DNA of 64,000 bases from an uncultured Planctomycetota bacterium. Lineage in GTDB: Bacteria; Planctomycetota; Planctomycetia; Gemmatales; Gemmataceae. Below the pieces are notes generated by a model, which saw only the letters and a list, made by a program, of their open reading frames with translations, ran no database searches and had not been told where the DNA came from. Position numbers and translations under genes: made by a program. Location of the stretch: contig CAWKHF010000012.1 in the NCBI GenBank assembly GCA_963849325.1, forward strand, positions 576,001 to 640,000, given 5' to 3'. Below, piece after piece: positions 42,299 through 54,030 of this stretch; positions within the stretch are counted from its first letter, which is position 1, and each line of letters opens with the position of its first letter.

Positions 42299-45200
42299 CT
42301 ACGGTTCGCCGCGCATCTCGCTCGGTTGAGTGCGCGGGGGCGCCATCAAGCCGGGCAGGGGCAGACCGAATGGGCCAGGAGGGATCAGCCAGAGGTTGCG
42401 CCGGCCGGGCACGCGGTCGGCGTCGATGAGGATCTTGTCGCGGTTACTCAGGGCGGCCGACAGGGAGTCCCAGTACAGGCGGAAATCGGTCAACGCCGCT
42501 TGCCGGACCAGCGCCTCGTCGCGGCGGCGCAGGTACTCCTCGCCCACCTCGGCGGCCGGCCGGCCCTTGCCCATCTCCCGCCAGGCGTCGCGGAACAGAC
42601 GCCATTCCTCGGCCAGGTCCAGACGTACTCGCGTTCGGTATCGTGCCTGGAACGCCGACAGGTTCGGCCTGGGCGAGGAGGACTTTATTCCGGGAGTCGG
42701 ACTGCGCCTCGCGGACCTGTTTCAGTCCGTCGGCCTGCTGCCGCCGTTCATCGCGCAGCACTTTTTCCTCGCCCTGGTTGACCAACTGGTCGCGTTTCTC
42801 CATCGCGCGGGTGACGTCGTGGTAAGCCGCCACCACGTCCTGCGGCGGATGCAGGTCGTGCAGGTCCAGACCCTTCAGGGCGATGCCCATGCCCTTGCCG
42901 CCATACTCCCCGCAACGCTCCCGCAAACGTTCCAGGGCCATGTCCTGAAACCGGCCGCGATCGCTGGTCAGCAACTCGGCGAATTTCCGGCCGGCGACCG
43001 TCTCGCGCAGCACGGACTCGGCGGCACTGCGCAAGAGAGCGTCGGGTTCGGCGATCTCGAACAGGTAGACGTGCGGGTCGGCGATGGTGTAGCGAAGGGT
43101 GCCTTGCAGCTCGATCAGGTTGCCGTCGCCGGTAATCATGACGGCTTCCTCGGGGATGCGGCGAACGCCGTCGTTGGCGTGCAGGCTCGACCAGGCCCGG
43201 CCGCCGGCCACGGCCTTACTGCCGGGCAGAGTACGGAAGCCGATCTCGACCGTGTGAACGCGGGCCGGTTGCAGGCGCGTGACGGTATCAATCGGCCACG
43301 GCCAGCACCAGTACAGACCGGGACCGAGATCGTCCGGCAGAGGCCGGCCGAAGCGGCGCACCACGGCCGACCTCGTCGGGACCGATCGCGTTCAGCCCAC
43401 TCAAGCCCCAGACGGCCGCGGCCAGCAGCACGAGGACGGCGAGGATCGGTTTCCATTGATGCGACAGCCGTGCAACGCCTCGTCGAGGTCGAGGCGGTGT
43501 TCGAGCCAGTCGTTGAACCGGCGCAGGCCGCCGTACAGGCGCTGGAACAGCGGGCTGGTCGAGGTGCGCTCAAACCACAGCAGCCGCATGGCGTTGAGCA
43601 GGACGGCCAGCGAGCCGAGCTGGTGATAGACGACGGCGGCGACGGGCGATTGCTCGTACCACTGCGGCGGGGCCAGCAGCGGCCACAGCCAGGCCGTCGT
43701 CACGATGCCGACAGCGTTGACGCCGAAGGCGAAGATGAGGATGTTCTGGCGGATGATGCGCACCGTCTCGCGCGACAGCCGGAGTAGCAGCGGCAGCGGA
43801 CGTAGCGGATCGCCCATGAAGACGACATCGCCGGCCTCGGCGGCGATGTCGGCGCCCGTACCGCCGATGGCCAGGCCGACGTCGGCGCGGGCCAGGGCCG
43901 GGGCGTCGTTGATGCCGTCGCCGACCATGGCAACGCGCCGGCCGGTCTGCTGCCAGGCGGCGACGAACTCCGCCTTCTGCTGCGGCAACAGCTCGGCGTG
44001 GACCTCGCTCACTCCCAACGCGGCGGCGACGACTCTGGGCCACCGCCGCGCGATCGCCGGTCAGCATGGCGATGTGCGTGATGCCCAGCGCCCGTAGGTC
44101 GGCCAGCACCTCCGCCGCCTCGACGCGAGGACGATCGCGGACGCCGATCATGCCAAGCAGTTTGCCGTCGCGGACGACAAGCAGCGCCGTTTGACCGTTG
44201 GCGTCGAGGGCGTCGAGCATCGGCTGGGCTTGCGGCGGCAGGCCGACGCCCTGTTCTTCCAGCAGCCGACGATTGCCGACGATGATCCGGCCGGCGGATG
44301 CGCGGGCCGAGACGCCGGTGCCAGGATGGGCCCGGAAGTCCTCGACCGGCTCGGGAGCGATCCCTCGTCGGCTCGCCTCCTGCGACGATGAGCCGGGCGA
44401 TGAGGTGCTCGCTGGGCTGCTCCGCACTGGCGGCGATCCGCAACAATTCTTCACGCCGTGGACGCCCTCGTCGAGCCGGAGGAGTCGCCCAGCTCCAGAC
44501 GGCCCTCGGTGAGGGTGCCGGTTTTGTCGAAAGCGAAGGCGTCGACCGGGCCAGACGTTCCAGGGCCGAGCCGCCCTTGATGAGGATGCCGGTTCCGGCC
44601 AGGCGCCCAGCGCCGCGATGATCGCCGCCGGCGTCGCCAGGATCAGCGCGCACGGACAGGCCACGACCAGCACGGACAGGGCCGGCAGCGTCACCAGCTG
44701 CCGAAAACTCAGGTTCGTCTCGGGCGGACGCATCCAGCCGGTGCCGTAGCCGACGAGGCAGACCAGGAAGGTCAGCGCGGCCAGGGCCAGGACGGCCGGC
44801 AGGAAGTAGCGGGCCAGGCGGTCGGCGGTGCGTTCCAGCGGCGCCTTGTCCTTCAGGGCGCGGGCGGTCATCTCGATGACCCGACCGACGACCGTGTGCT
44901 CGGCGACGCGGCGGGCCTCGAAGGTCAGGGCGCCGAACTGGTTGAGCGAGCCGGCCAGCACTTCGTCGCCCGGCCCTTTGTCCACCGGCAGACTCTCGCC
45001 GGTCAAGGCGCTAACGTCCACGGCCGAGCGCCCTTCGAGGACGACGCCGTCGGCCGGCACGCGGCCGCCCGGCTTGACGACGACACGATCGCCGACCTGC
45101 AAGTCTGCCGCGAGCACGCGCTCCTCACGGCCGTCGCGCAGCCGCCAGCAGCGGCGCGGACAGACCTCGACGATGCGACGAATGGCCCGCTGCGTCCGCT

Positions 45201-45582
45201 CGAAGGTGACGCTCTCCAGGCATTCGCCGAGCATGCCGATGAAGACGATCTCGGCGGCGACGAGCGGCTCCTGCACGAGGATGGCGGCGACGGAGGCGAT
45301 GGCCACCGCCAGGTCGGCGCCAATTCGTCCCTCAAACAGCGAATTGAGCGAACCGTACAGGGTGCGCGCTCCGCCGAGGATCGCGGCCAGCAGGGCGATG
45401 CGGTAGCCGAAAGGCTCGTTGGACCAGGTAGGCAGGGACGGCCCTCCGGCGGCGATCCAGCGGGCCGCGATCGGCCAGACGTCGGCGCCGATCAACACGC
45501 CGAGCAGGCCCGTCAGCAGGTAGAGGCCGAGCCGGCCCTCCTGTCCGAAGGCGTCGTCGGCGTGGGAGATCTCGCGGTGCAT
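42299..45582 (-). CDS. P1B-type heavy-metal ATPase apparently fused to a C-terminal HflK/SPFH domain; several frameshifts
   Basis: LTGESLP, VACPCALILATP, FDKTGTLT (44510-44533), MLTGD, GDGINDAPALA; then TM and GPDEV.VVRRFGR, WPWPID, MITGDGNL, HPPQDVVAAY. Confidence 0.87.
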
Positions 45583-45775
45583 CGGCGCGGCTCCGGGGTG
45601 CGCGGGCATCAGGTGGGTGTTCAGATTTGTTCAGGCTACGGTGGCCGGAGAACGTCGTCAAGCGTGTCTACGGCCCTCGCGGGGCAGCGCCGGAAAAAAA
45701 GTGAACGAAAATCCTTCGAGGGCGCCACTATTATGGGAAGAGATATCACTGCCTGACCGCGAAGGAGAAACCGCC

Positions 45776-48010
45776 GTGCGCCTGACCCTGCGAACCTTGC
45801 TGGCTTACCTGGACGACACGCTGGAGCCGATGGAAATCAAGAAGATCGGCCAGAAGGTCAGCGAGAGCGAAGCCGCCCAGGAACTGATCGCGCGCATCAA
45901 GCAAGTCACCCGCCGCCGTCGCATCACCACGCCGCCGGCCACCGGACCCAACGCCTTCGACCCGAACACGGTCGCGGACTACCTCGACAACGAGCTGTCC
46001 TCCGAGGAGATCGCCGAGCTGGAAAAGATCTGCCTGGAATCGGACGTACACCTCGCCGAGATCGCCACCTGTCATCAGATCCTGACGCTGGTACTGGGCG
46101 AGCCGGCCCTGGTGCCGCCGACCGCCAAGGAACGCATGTACGGCCTGGTGCAGGGCCGCGAAGCCATCCCCTTCCGTAAGGCGGCCACGCCCGGAGTCCA
46201 TGCGCCGTCGCCCAGCGCCGCGGACATTGACGCCGACGAGATGTTTCTGCTCGGCTTGCCGTTTTACCGTCGCGGCAGCTGGCTGCGCTGGGCCTTGCCC
46301 GTGGCCGGCGTCGTCCTGCTCGCGGTGGTGGCCGTCGCCCTGTGGCAATCCATCTCCAGCCTCAACCAGGCCACGCAGCCGGCGCCGGTTAAGCAGGTCG
46401 CCGACGCGAGCAATCCCGACAAGCCGGACAACACCAAACCCGATAACACCAAGCCGGACAACACCAAACCCGATAACACCAAGCCGGACAACACCAAACC
46501 CGATAACACCAAGCCGGACAACACCAAACCCGACAATACGGACAGCAAAAAACCTGAGAATACGGACAGCAAGAAACCCGACAACACGGACAACACCAAG
46601 CCCGACAACACGGAATCGAAGAGGCCGGCGAGCAACCCCGTCACCCGTAAAGCCAAGCCGAGCACCGAGCGAGCGGAGGTAGGCGGTTACTACTTCGACG
46701 CCAAAAGCCCGCCGAGCATCTTGGTACAGCGCAAGAACGAGGAGGACGGCTGGCACCGGCTTAAACCAGGCACGCGGGTATCCAGCAAGGACCAGTTGAT
46801 GAGCCTGCCCGGCTATGCCAGCGAGCTGCGCCTGGACAACGGCGCCCATCTGCTGCTGCGCGGCCACGTCCGCGAGTTCTCGCTTCCCCTGTATCCCCAC
46901 ATGGATTATCTGCAGGAAAGCGCGGTCGTGCTGCACAAGAACAAGGACGTCGATGTCGATGTGACGCTTCAGCGCGGCCGGCTCTACCTCTCCAACCACA
47001 AGGACAAAGGCCCGCTCGTGGCCCGGCTGCGCTTTGAGACGGAGGTTTGGGATCTGACCCTGGAGGAGCCTGGCTCGGAAGTCGGGATGGAGTTGCTCAA
47101 GTATTACGACCGCAACAGCGATTACTCGCGCGGCGAGGAACCGGTGGCCATCCTGTACCTGCTCGTGCTTCAGGGACGAGCGAGCCTGGCCGTGGAATAC
47201 AACCAGTATCCCAACCTGTCGCGGACGGGCGCGGGCTTTTTCCAGTGGGACAACAAGGGACCCGGCGCTCAGGGGCCGCAGCGCGTGGACGACCAGGTAC
47301 GCGGCGCCTTCGCCAAGGTGCCGCCGTCCAATCGCGGCGCCGAGGGCATGGATTTGGCCCTGAACCAGATCAGCCGCCGCATGCTCCCCGACAAGTTCCC
47401 GTCCGTCGCCCTCGATGAAGCGCTGCTGAGCAGCAACCAGCCAATGGAACACATGCTGGCCATCTACTGCCTCGGCGCGCTGGACGAGGTCAAGAAACTG
47501 ATTGGCGTTCTCGGCGACAACGATCCGGTCCACGCTCCGAACCGCGACACGGCCATCTTCACCCTGCGGCGCTGGCTCGCGCGCGATGCGTCGCAGGGTC
47601 TGAAACTCTACGATCCCAAGAACAAGACCGGCCTGTTGCAGGTAGATCGGGAGTACAAAGAAAGTGAGGCGGATACCGTCTTCCTGTTGCTGCACGACTT
47701 CAATGAGGAGGACCGGGCCAAGCCGGAGACGTACGATTTGCTGGCGACCTGCCTCCTGAGCGAGAAAGTGGCCATCGCGGAGTTGGCCCGCTGGCACCTG
47801 TATCGGCTGTCCAGCACGTTGGGTGTCAAGCTCTCCGCCCTGGACAAGTTCAACGCCGCCTTGCCACGCCCGGAACGCGAAGCGGCGGCTCGGGAAGTAC
47901 GAGACAAGATTAACGAAGGCAAGTTGCCGCCGCGTACCACCGGCAGGCCCACCGGACCCGCCCCGGTCACACCCCCACGCAACGGCTCGGGGACGAAACC
48001 CAAGAGTTAG
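45776..48010 (+). CDS. Planctomycete-type single-TM hypothetical protein with PDNTK linker repeats
   Basis: RBS aggag then GTG; RLTLRTLLAYLDDTLEP...DPNTVADYLDNEL...LAEIATCHQIL; TM; large C-terminal region. Confidence 0.85.
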   Translation: MRLTLRTLLAYLDDTLEPMEIKKIGQKVSESEAAQELIARIKQVTRRRRITTPPATGPNAFDPNTVADYLDNELSSEEIAELEKICLESDVHLAEIATCHQILTLVLGEPALVPPTAKERMYGLVQGREAIPFRKAATPGVHAPSPSAADIDADEMFLLGLPFYRRGSWLRWALPVAGVVLLAVVAVALWQSISSLNQATQPAPVKQVADASNPDKPDNTKPDNTKPDNTKPDNTKPDNTKPDNTKPDNTKPDNTDSKKPENTDSKKPDNTDNTKPDNTESKRPASNPVTRKAKPSTERAEVGGYYFDAKSPPSILVQRKNEEDGWHRLKPGTRVSSKDQLMSLPGYASELRLDNGAHLLLRGHVREFSLPLYPHMDYLQESAVVLHKNKDVDVDVTLQRGRLYLSNHKDKGPLVARLRFETEVWDLTLEEPGSEVGMELLKYYDRNSDYSRGEEPVAILYLLVLQGRASLAVEYNQYPNLSRTGAGFFQWDNKGPGAQGPQRVDDQVRGAFAKVPPSNRGAEGMDLALNQISRRMLPDKFPSVALDEALLSSNQPMEHMLAIYCLGALDEVKKLIGVLGDNDPVHAPNRDTAIFTLRRWLARDASQGLKLYDPKNKTGLLQVDREYKESEADTVFLLLHDFNEEDRAKPETYDLLATCLLSEKVAIAELARWHLYRLSSTLGVKLSALDKFNAALPRPEREAAAREVRDKINEGKLPPRTTGRPTGPAPVTPPRNGSGTKPKS
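46421..46610 (+). repeat. Coding tandem repeat: 15-nt units forming a 30-nt higher-order unit
   Basis: aagccggacaacaccaaacccgataacacc perfect x3 (46421-46510) plus degenerate copies. Confidence 0.95.
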
Positions 48011-48025
48011 CGGGAAGTTCCTCGA

Positions 48026-48090
48026 CGTTTCGCCGCGACGCGCAGCGGAGCGCGGCAGCCCCGCGCTCCGCTGCGCGTCGCGGCGAAACG
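48026..48090. repeat. Palindromic repeat family A between convergent genes
   Basis: cgtttcgccgcgacgcgcagcggagcgcgg / ccgcgctccgctgcgcgtcgcggcgaaacg. Confidence 0.92.
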
Positions 48091-48112
48091 AAAGGAATGG
48101 TTGGAAGCGCCC

Positions 48113-48925
48113 TTAACGCTTCAACGCCTCGCGCGTGAAGGTGTCGGCCGGGAAGTTCGGGTTGAGCTTGATGTCGCGGAAGAAATACTCGCCGATCAGC
48201 TGGCCCTCGCTTCCCTTGATGATGGAGCCGACCTGCAGCCACGTCTGTTTCTCAACGTAGATCGTCAACTCGGCGATGCCGTCTTCCTCCGCCTTTTGGT
48301 AGCCGGTTCGCCGGAGCACCCAGCACGGCCGATCGCCGGCTTCCTTGATTCGTTTGACGCCGAGATATTCGATGTGCAGGGTCTTCGCCTTGCGGGCCGC
48401 CTCCCAGGAGGCCAAGGTACGCTGCATGCCGATCTTGATGCCGAACTCCGTGAGCGGATAACGTCCTCCCTTCTTGGCATCGCTGCCGTTGGGGTCGCGC
48501 TGGACGATGCCGGCCACGGACAGGACGCCGGCCGGCCGCACCAGAATCTGGTCCTTGTTCTGGCCCTTCACGTACAGCGTGGCCGCCGCCCGACGCGCTC
48601 CCTCTTTCCACTTCATCCGCACGCTGAAAGGGTCTTCGCGGAAGGCCACGTCGATCACTTCACTTCGCTCCAGCCGGCCATCGATGCGTTCCTGTTTGCG
48701 CAGCGTACACGTGTACCCCTTGACCTCGCGGTCGTAGCGGCGAATGCAGGTTTCCAGAAAGGCGAGCGGATCGGTCTTGGCCAGCCGCTCCACGGCGGCC
48801 TCGCTCGGCAGCGGGTCGCCGTTGTCCGTTACGTCTCGGAACGTCGTCACCGTCGGGGCTTCCTTGCTCGACAGTCCCGAGATGAATACCAGGCACAGCG
48901 GCAAACACGGCAGCAAACGGCGCAT
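48113..48925 (-). CDS. DUF1571 domain protein
   Basis: YTCTLRKQERIDGRL, PFSVRMKW, LYVKGQN, RYPLTEFG, LIGEYFFRDIKLNP. Confidence 0.85.
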   Translation of the reverse strand: MRRLLPCLPLCLVFISGLSSKEAPTVTTFRDVTDNGDPLPSEAAVERLAKTDPLAFLETCIRRYDREVKGYTCTLRKQERIDGRLERSEVIDVAFREDPFSVRMKWKEGARRAAATLYVKGQNKDQILVRPAGVLSVAGIVQRDPNGSDAKKGGRYPLTEFGIKIGMQRTLASWEAARKAKTLHIEYLGVKRIKEAGDRPCWVLRRTGYQKAEEDGIAELTIYVEKQTWLQVGSIIKGSEGQLIGEYFFRDIKLNPNFPADTFTREALKR

Positions 48926-48950
48926 GGTCATCCTCCCTCGGGCCGAAAAT

Positions 48951-48976
48951 GGCGAACGGCCGGCGTCAGCCGGCTG
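48951..48976. repeat. Single arm of repeat family D (another arm at 42272-42299)
   Basis: ggcgaacggccggcgtcagccggctg; compare 58143. Confidence 0.65.
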
Positions 48977-49325
48977 ATAGCTGACCCTATTTCTATTTTA
49001 AGCATTGGGGCAACTCTGCCAATCAAAAGTTAGGCAAGAAGAGAGGAATAGGGAAAAAGGAAGGTCTGCACGGGAGGATCGGAACGGTAAAAGGATGCGA
49101 TCTTTGTGCGAGAACCGATCTGTAGGGAAGGAGGGGATGGCTGCCACGGAATTTCCGGGCGTACTCGGTTCAATTGTGCCTCCCGCAACGACCGAAAGCG
49201 CAGAATAGAGCACACGCCGCCGCTCGCCGTCTCGCCGGAATGCCGGGAGGCCTCGATCCGACGTCGAGAGGATGTAGCGGGTGGCGCAGGATAAACGTCT
49301 GTCCTGCCGGAGGGATTCCGCCGTG

Positions 49326-50120
49326 ATGCGAGGGACCCCCCTTCGTTGGCCCCTGGCCGTTTTGCTCTGGCTCTTGAGTTGTGCCGTACCGTGTCCGCAA
49401 GCCCGGGCCATTGGGCCATTCCGCGCCCCCCGCGGAATCGTCTATGCCATTGATGGGGCCGGCGGATTCGGGGTCTGTTCGCAGACGATCCGGGAGAGTG
49501 CTGCCGCCGACAACCTGCCGCTGGAGGTGCGCACCTTCGACTGGTCCCACGGTTACTGCCGAGTCCTTGCGGACCAGATCCACGCGGCGCACATGCGCCA
49601 ACAAGGCCGAAAACTGGCGGCACTGGTGCTTCGCTGCCGGCAGGAGTGGCCCGGCCGTCCGGTCTATCTGCTCGGTCACAGTGCCGGCTGCGGCGTGGTT
49701 CTCAACGCCGCCGAGAACCTTCCTCCCCACAGTGTCGAACGCATCATCCTGCTGGCACCGGCCGTGTCGGTCAACTATGACCTACGGCCGGCCCTGGCCA
49801 GCGCTTGCCGGGGCGTGGACGTGTTTTACAGCGAACACGACTGGGCCTGTTTGGGTATCGGCGTTCTGCTGGCCGGTACGACGGATCGCCATCGGACGCT
49901 GGCGGCGGCCGGCAAGATCGGCTTTCGGCCGGTGCTCACCCGTCCGGGCGACGCGGCCCTCTATGCCAAGCTGCGCCAGTATCCCTGGGATCCGAGTTTG
50001 TCGTGGACGGGACACAAGGGCGGCCACTACGGCGCTCACCAGCCCGGCTTCCTGCACACGTTTGTCCTGCCGCTGCTCGATCCCGCGGCGGCGGTTGCGC
50101 GGGATGGAGTTTGGAAATGA
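49326..50120 (+). CDS. Secreted alpha/beta hydrolase
   Basis: Signal peptide; IDGAGG, LLGHSAGCGV (GxSxG), ILLAPAVS, GGHYG. Confidence 0.85.
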   Translation: MRGTPLRWPLAVLLWLLSCAVPCPQARAIGPFRAPRGIVYAIDGAGGFGVCSQTIRESAAADNLPLEVRTFDWSHGYCRVLADQIHAAHMRQQGRKLAALVLRCRQEWPGRPVYLLGHSAGCGVVLNAAENLPPHSVERIILLAPAVSVNYDLRPALASACRGVDVFYSEHDWACLGIGVLLAGTTDRHRTLAAAGKIGFRPVLTRPGDAALYAKLRQYPWDPSLSWTGHKGGHYGAHQPGFLHTFVLPLLDPAAAVARDGVWK

Positions 50121-50141
50121 GAAGGCCGGTGCGGCGCCGGC

Positions 50142-51780
<1,639 letters not shown>

Positions 51781-52008
51781 GATCGTCCTCCGTGCGAATG
51801 ACCTGCGGTTCGTCTGCCGAGAGCGAAAACATGCGACTGGGGCCGCATCGTCGGACGCGAAGCAACGCTGGTCCGCGAACTTCGTCATCCCTCCGGGACG
51901 ACGATTGGTTATTGTAAATCTTTCCGCGCTGGGACGCCAGATGTCGGCTGGGGTTGAGCGACGCGCCCTCCTTACGGAACGGAATCGCGCAGGGCGACAG
52001 TGCTCTCC

Positions 52009-52031
52009 CCGCTCCCTAACGGTCGCGGCTC
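52009..52031. repeat. Single arm of repeat family B
   Basis: cgctccctaacggtcgcggctc. Confidence 0.65.
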
Positions 52032-52132
52032 CGACGTGCCCGGTCGCTCTTCTCAGCGAAGGGCCGTCTTGCTACATTGACTATTTCGACATGGCCCGGC
52101 ACGGGTCGGGCCGTCAGCAAATGGAGGGACGT

Positions 52133-52702
52133 GTGGCCTCGATCAATTACAGCCAGGTGCGCAAGGGCATGGTCATTGTCGGCGAGGACGGCCAGCTCTA
52201 CGCCGTGGTGGACCGCGACCTGAACACGCCGGGGAACTGGCGCGCCATTCTCAACTTGAAGCTCAAGAACCTCAAGACCGGCGCCGTCACGCCAAAGCGC
52301 TTCCGTCCGGACGACAAGGTCGAATTGGCCTACCTGGACAAGCGGCCGATGCAATACCTCTACAAGGAGGGCGATGGCTTCGTCTTCATGGACAAGGAGA
52401 CGTACGACCAGATCACGCTCAGCGAAGAACTGGCCGGCGAAATGATTCTCTATCTCAAGGAGAATGAGGACGCCCTGGTCACGTTCTACGAAAGCAAGCC
52501 GCTCAGTCTGGAGCTGCCGGCCACGGTCGAGTTGAAGGTGGTCGAGACGGAGCCGTCGGTCAAGGGCGCCACGGCGGCGGCGCAGTTCAAGCCGGCGACG
52601 CTGGAAACCGGCCTGAAGGTGACGGTGCCGCCCTTCATCGCTATCGGCGAGTTGATCCAGGTCGATACCCGCACCGGCGAATACCTCAGCCGCGCCAAGT
52701 AA
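52133..52702 (+). CDS. efp: Elongation factor P
   Basis: RKGMVI, TPGNWRA loop, QYLY, FMDKETYDQ, KPATLETG, VPPFI, VDTRTGEYLSR. Confidence 0.96.
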   Translation: MASINYSQVRKGMVIVGEDGQLYAVVDRDLNTPGNWRAILNLKLKNLKTGAVTPKRFRPDDKVELAYLDKRPMQYLYKEGDGFVFMDKETYDQITLSEELAGEMILYLKENEDALVTFYESKPLSLELPATVELKVVETEPSVKGATAAAQFKPATLETGLKVTVPPFIAIGELIQVDTRTGEYLSRAK

Positions 52703-52711
52703 GAAAAGCCA

Positions 52712-52848
52712 TTCACCACGGAAACCACGGAACACACGGAAGAAAAAGACAACCAAGAAAGCCCGGCGCCGATCGGCGCGGCCTTGTCTTGAATAAATTC
52801 GTATCTATTTTGTCTTTTTTCCGTGTGTTCCGTGTTTTCCGTGGTGAG
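52712..52848. repeat. Long-loop inverted repeat family E
   Basis: caccacggaaaccacggaacacacggaa / ttccgtgtgttccgtgttttccgtggtg. Confidence 0.9.
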
Positions 52849-52863
52849 GAATTCTTCTCTTCC

Positions 52864-53825
52864 TCATTTCGGCTGTGCCGGGGCGCTGTGACAGGGGGAA
52901 GAGGTGGAAGTGCTGGCTGCCTCCGTCGTCGTTTCCGGCCCCATCGTCGCTATTCCCCATGCCAGGGCGGAGCTACCCAGCAACAGCAGTAAGACCAGGA
53001 TCGCCAGGTAGCGCAGCCGGCCCCAGCGCATCTCGTCGGCCGTCTCGGCCATCAGCTCGAAGACCGAATCGGAAACCGTGGCCCCCATCGCTTTGCCGAG
53101 GGCCGTCAGTACCGCCGTTTGCACCGTGGCGTTGACGAGTACCGGCGACACCGCCGACAGAGACGAGCCGTGCTGTTCGAGCAGGTGAATCAGCGACGTG
53201 GACGACGGCGTCCAGCCGCGCAGGGTCAGCCGGGCGCGCAACCGCTCGCGCGCCCGTCCGACACGCGATTGCACCGTCCCGCGTGGACAACCCAGGTGCT
53301 CGGCCGCCTCCTCGCACGTCTTCCCTTCCAGGTGGCAGAGAATGAAGGCCGTGCGATACTTCTCGGGAAGGTGCCGCAGCTCCACGTCGAGCATCCGCCG
53401 CAACTCGTTCCAGGCGGTCAGGTCGGCCGGGTCGCCGCACTTCTCATCGATGGGCAGTTCGTCCAGAGGTTTCTCCATGACCCCTCGGCGGGCCGCCCGC
53501 GCCTGCGCGCGCAGGGCGATGCGGTAAGCGACGGTGTACAGCCAGCCGCTGAGCGACGTCGCGTTTGCCGATGGAGCCGGCCTTGCGCCAGCATCAGGAA
53601 GGCGGCCTGGAAGGCATCCTCGGCGTCCTGGGTGTGGTGCAGCACGCGCCGGCAGACGCCGAAGACCATCGGTCCATGCCGCCACATCAACAGCTCGAAC
53701 GCCGCCTCATCGCGGTCCTGGAGAAAACGCTCCAGCAGATGCGCATCGGTGACGACTCCCGACAGCGACGGCCGCAGGCGTCGTTGCACGTGTTCGAGAA
53801 TGGCCGGCAAGGATCGGGTCATCAT
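52864..53825 (-). CDS. ECF sigma-70 factor, planctomycete type, with C-terminal TM; frameshifts near 53570-53585
   Basis: [55 protein letters not shown]. Confidence 0.92.
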
Positions 53826-54030
53826 GTCTGCTTCTCCGTGGGGGACCTTCTGACGGTATAGAGGCAGCGGGCGTCTGTCCGCATCCCATTTTTTCGGTCG
53901 CGACGGAGTTCCTTGCAATCGCCCACGGACGCCCCTAGAATGCAAAAGGTTTGATGGATGGCCGAACCTCTTCTCCACAGGTGCTCGTCTTCCGCCGTCA
54001 TTTCTCCGACCGCCGCAGGGAGCGAGACTC

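Noticed and set aside
46421-46610. 30-nt repeats as a CRISPR array
   Set aside because: Head-to-tail with no unique spacers, in frame (PDNTK) within a CDS, and no cas genes.
45746-47797. Long antisense or alternative-frame ORFs (also 250-1101, 2682-3800, 7089-8549, 21864-23471 and others)
   Set aside because: Shadow ORFs expected in high-GC DNA opposite recognisable genes; no motifs.
48930-49325. ncRNA or small gene in long intergenic regions (also 11770-12060, 51780-52130)
   Set aside because: Purine-rich stretches and lone repeat arms only; no convincing structure, RBS-ORF or known RNA motif.
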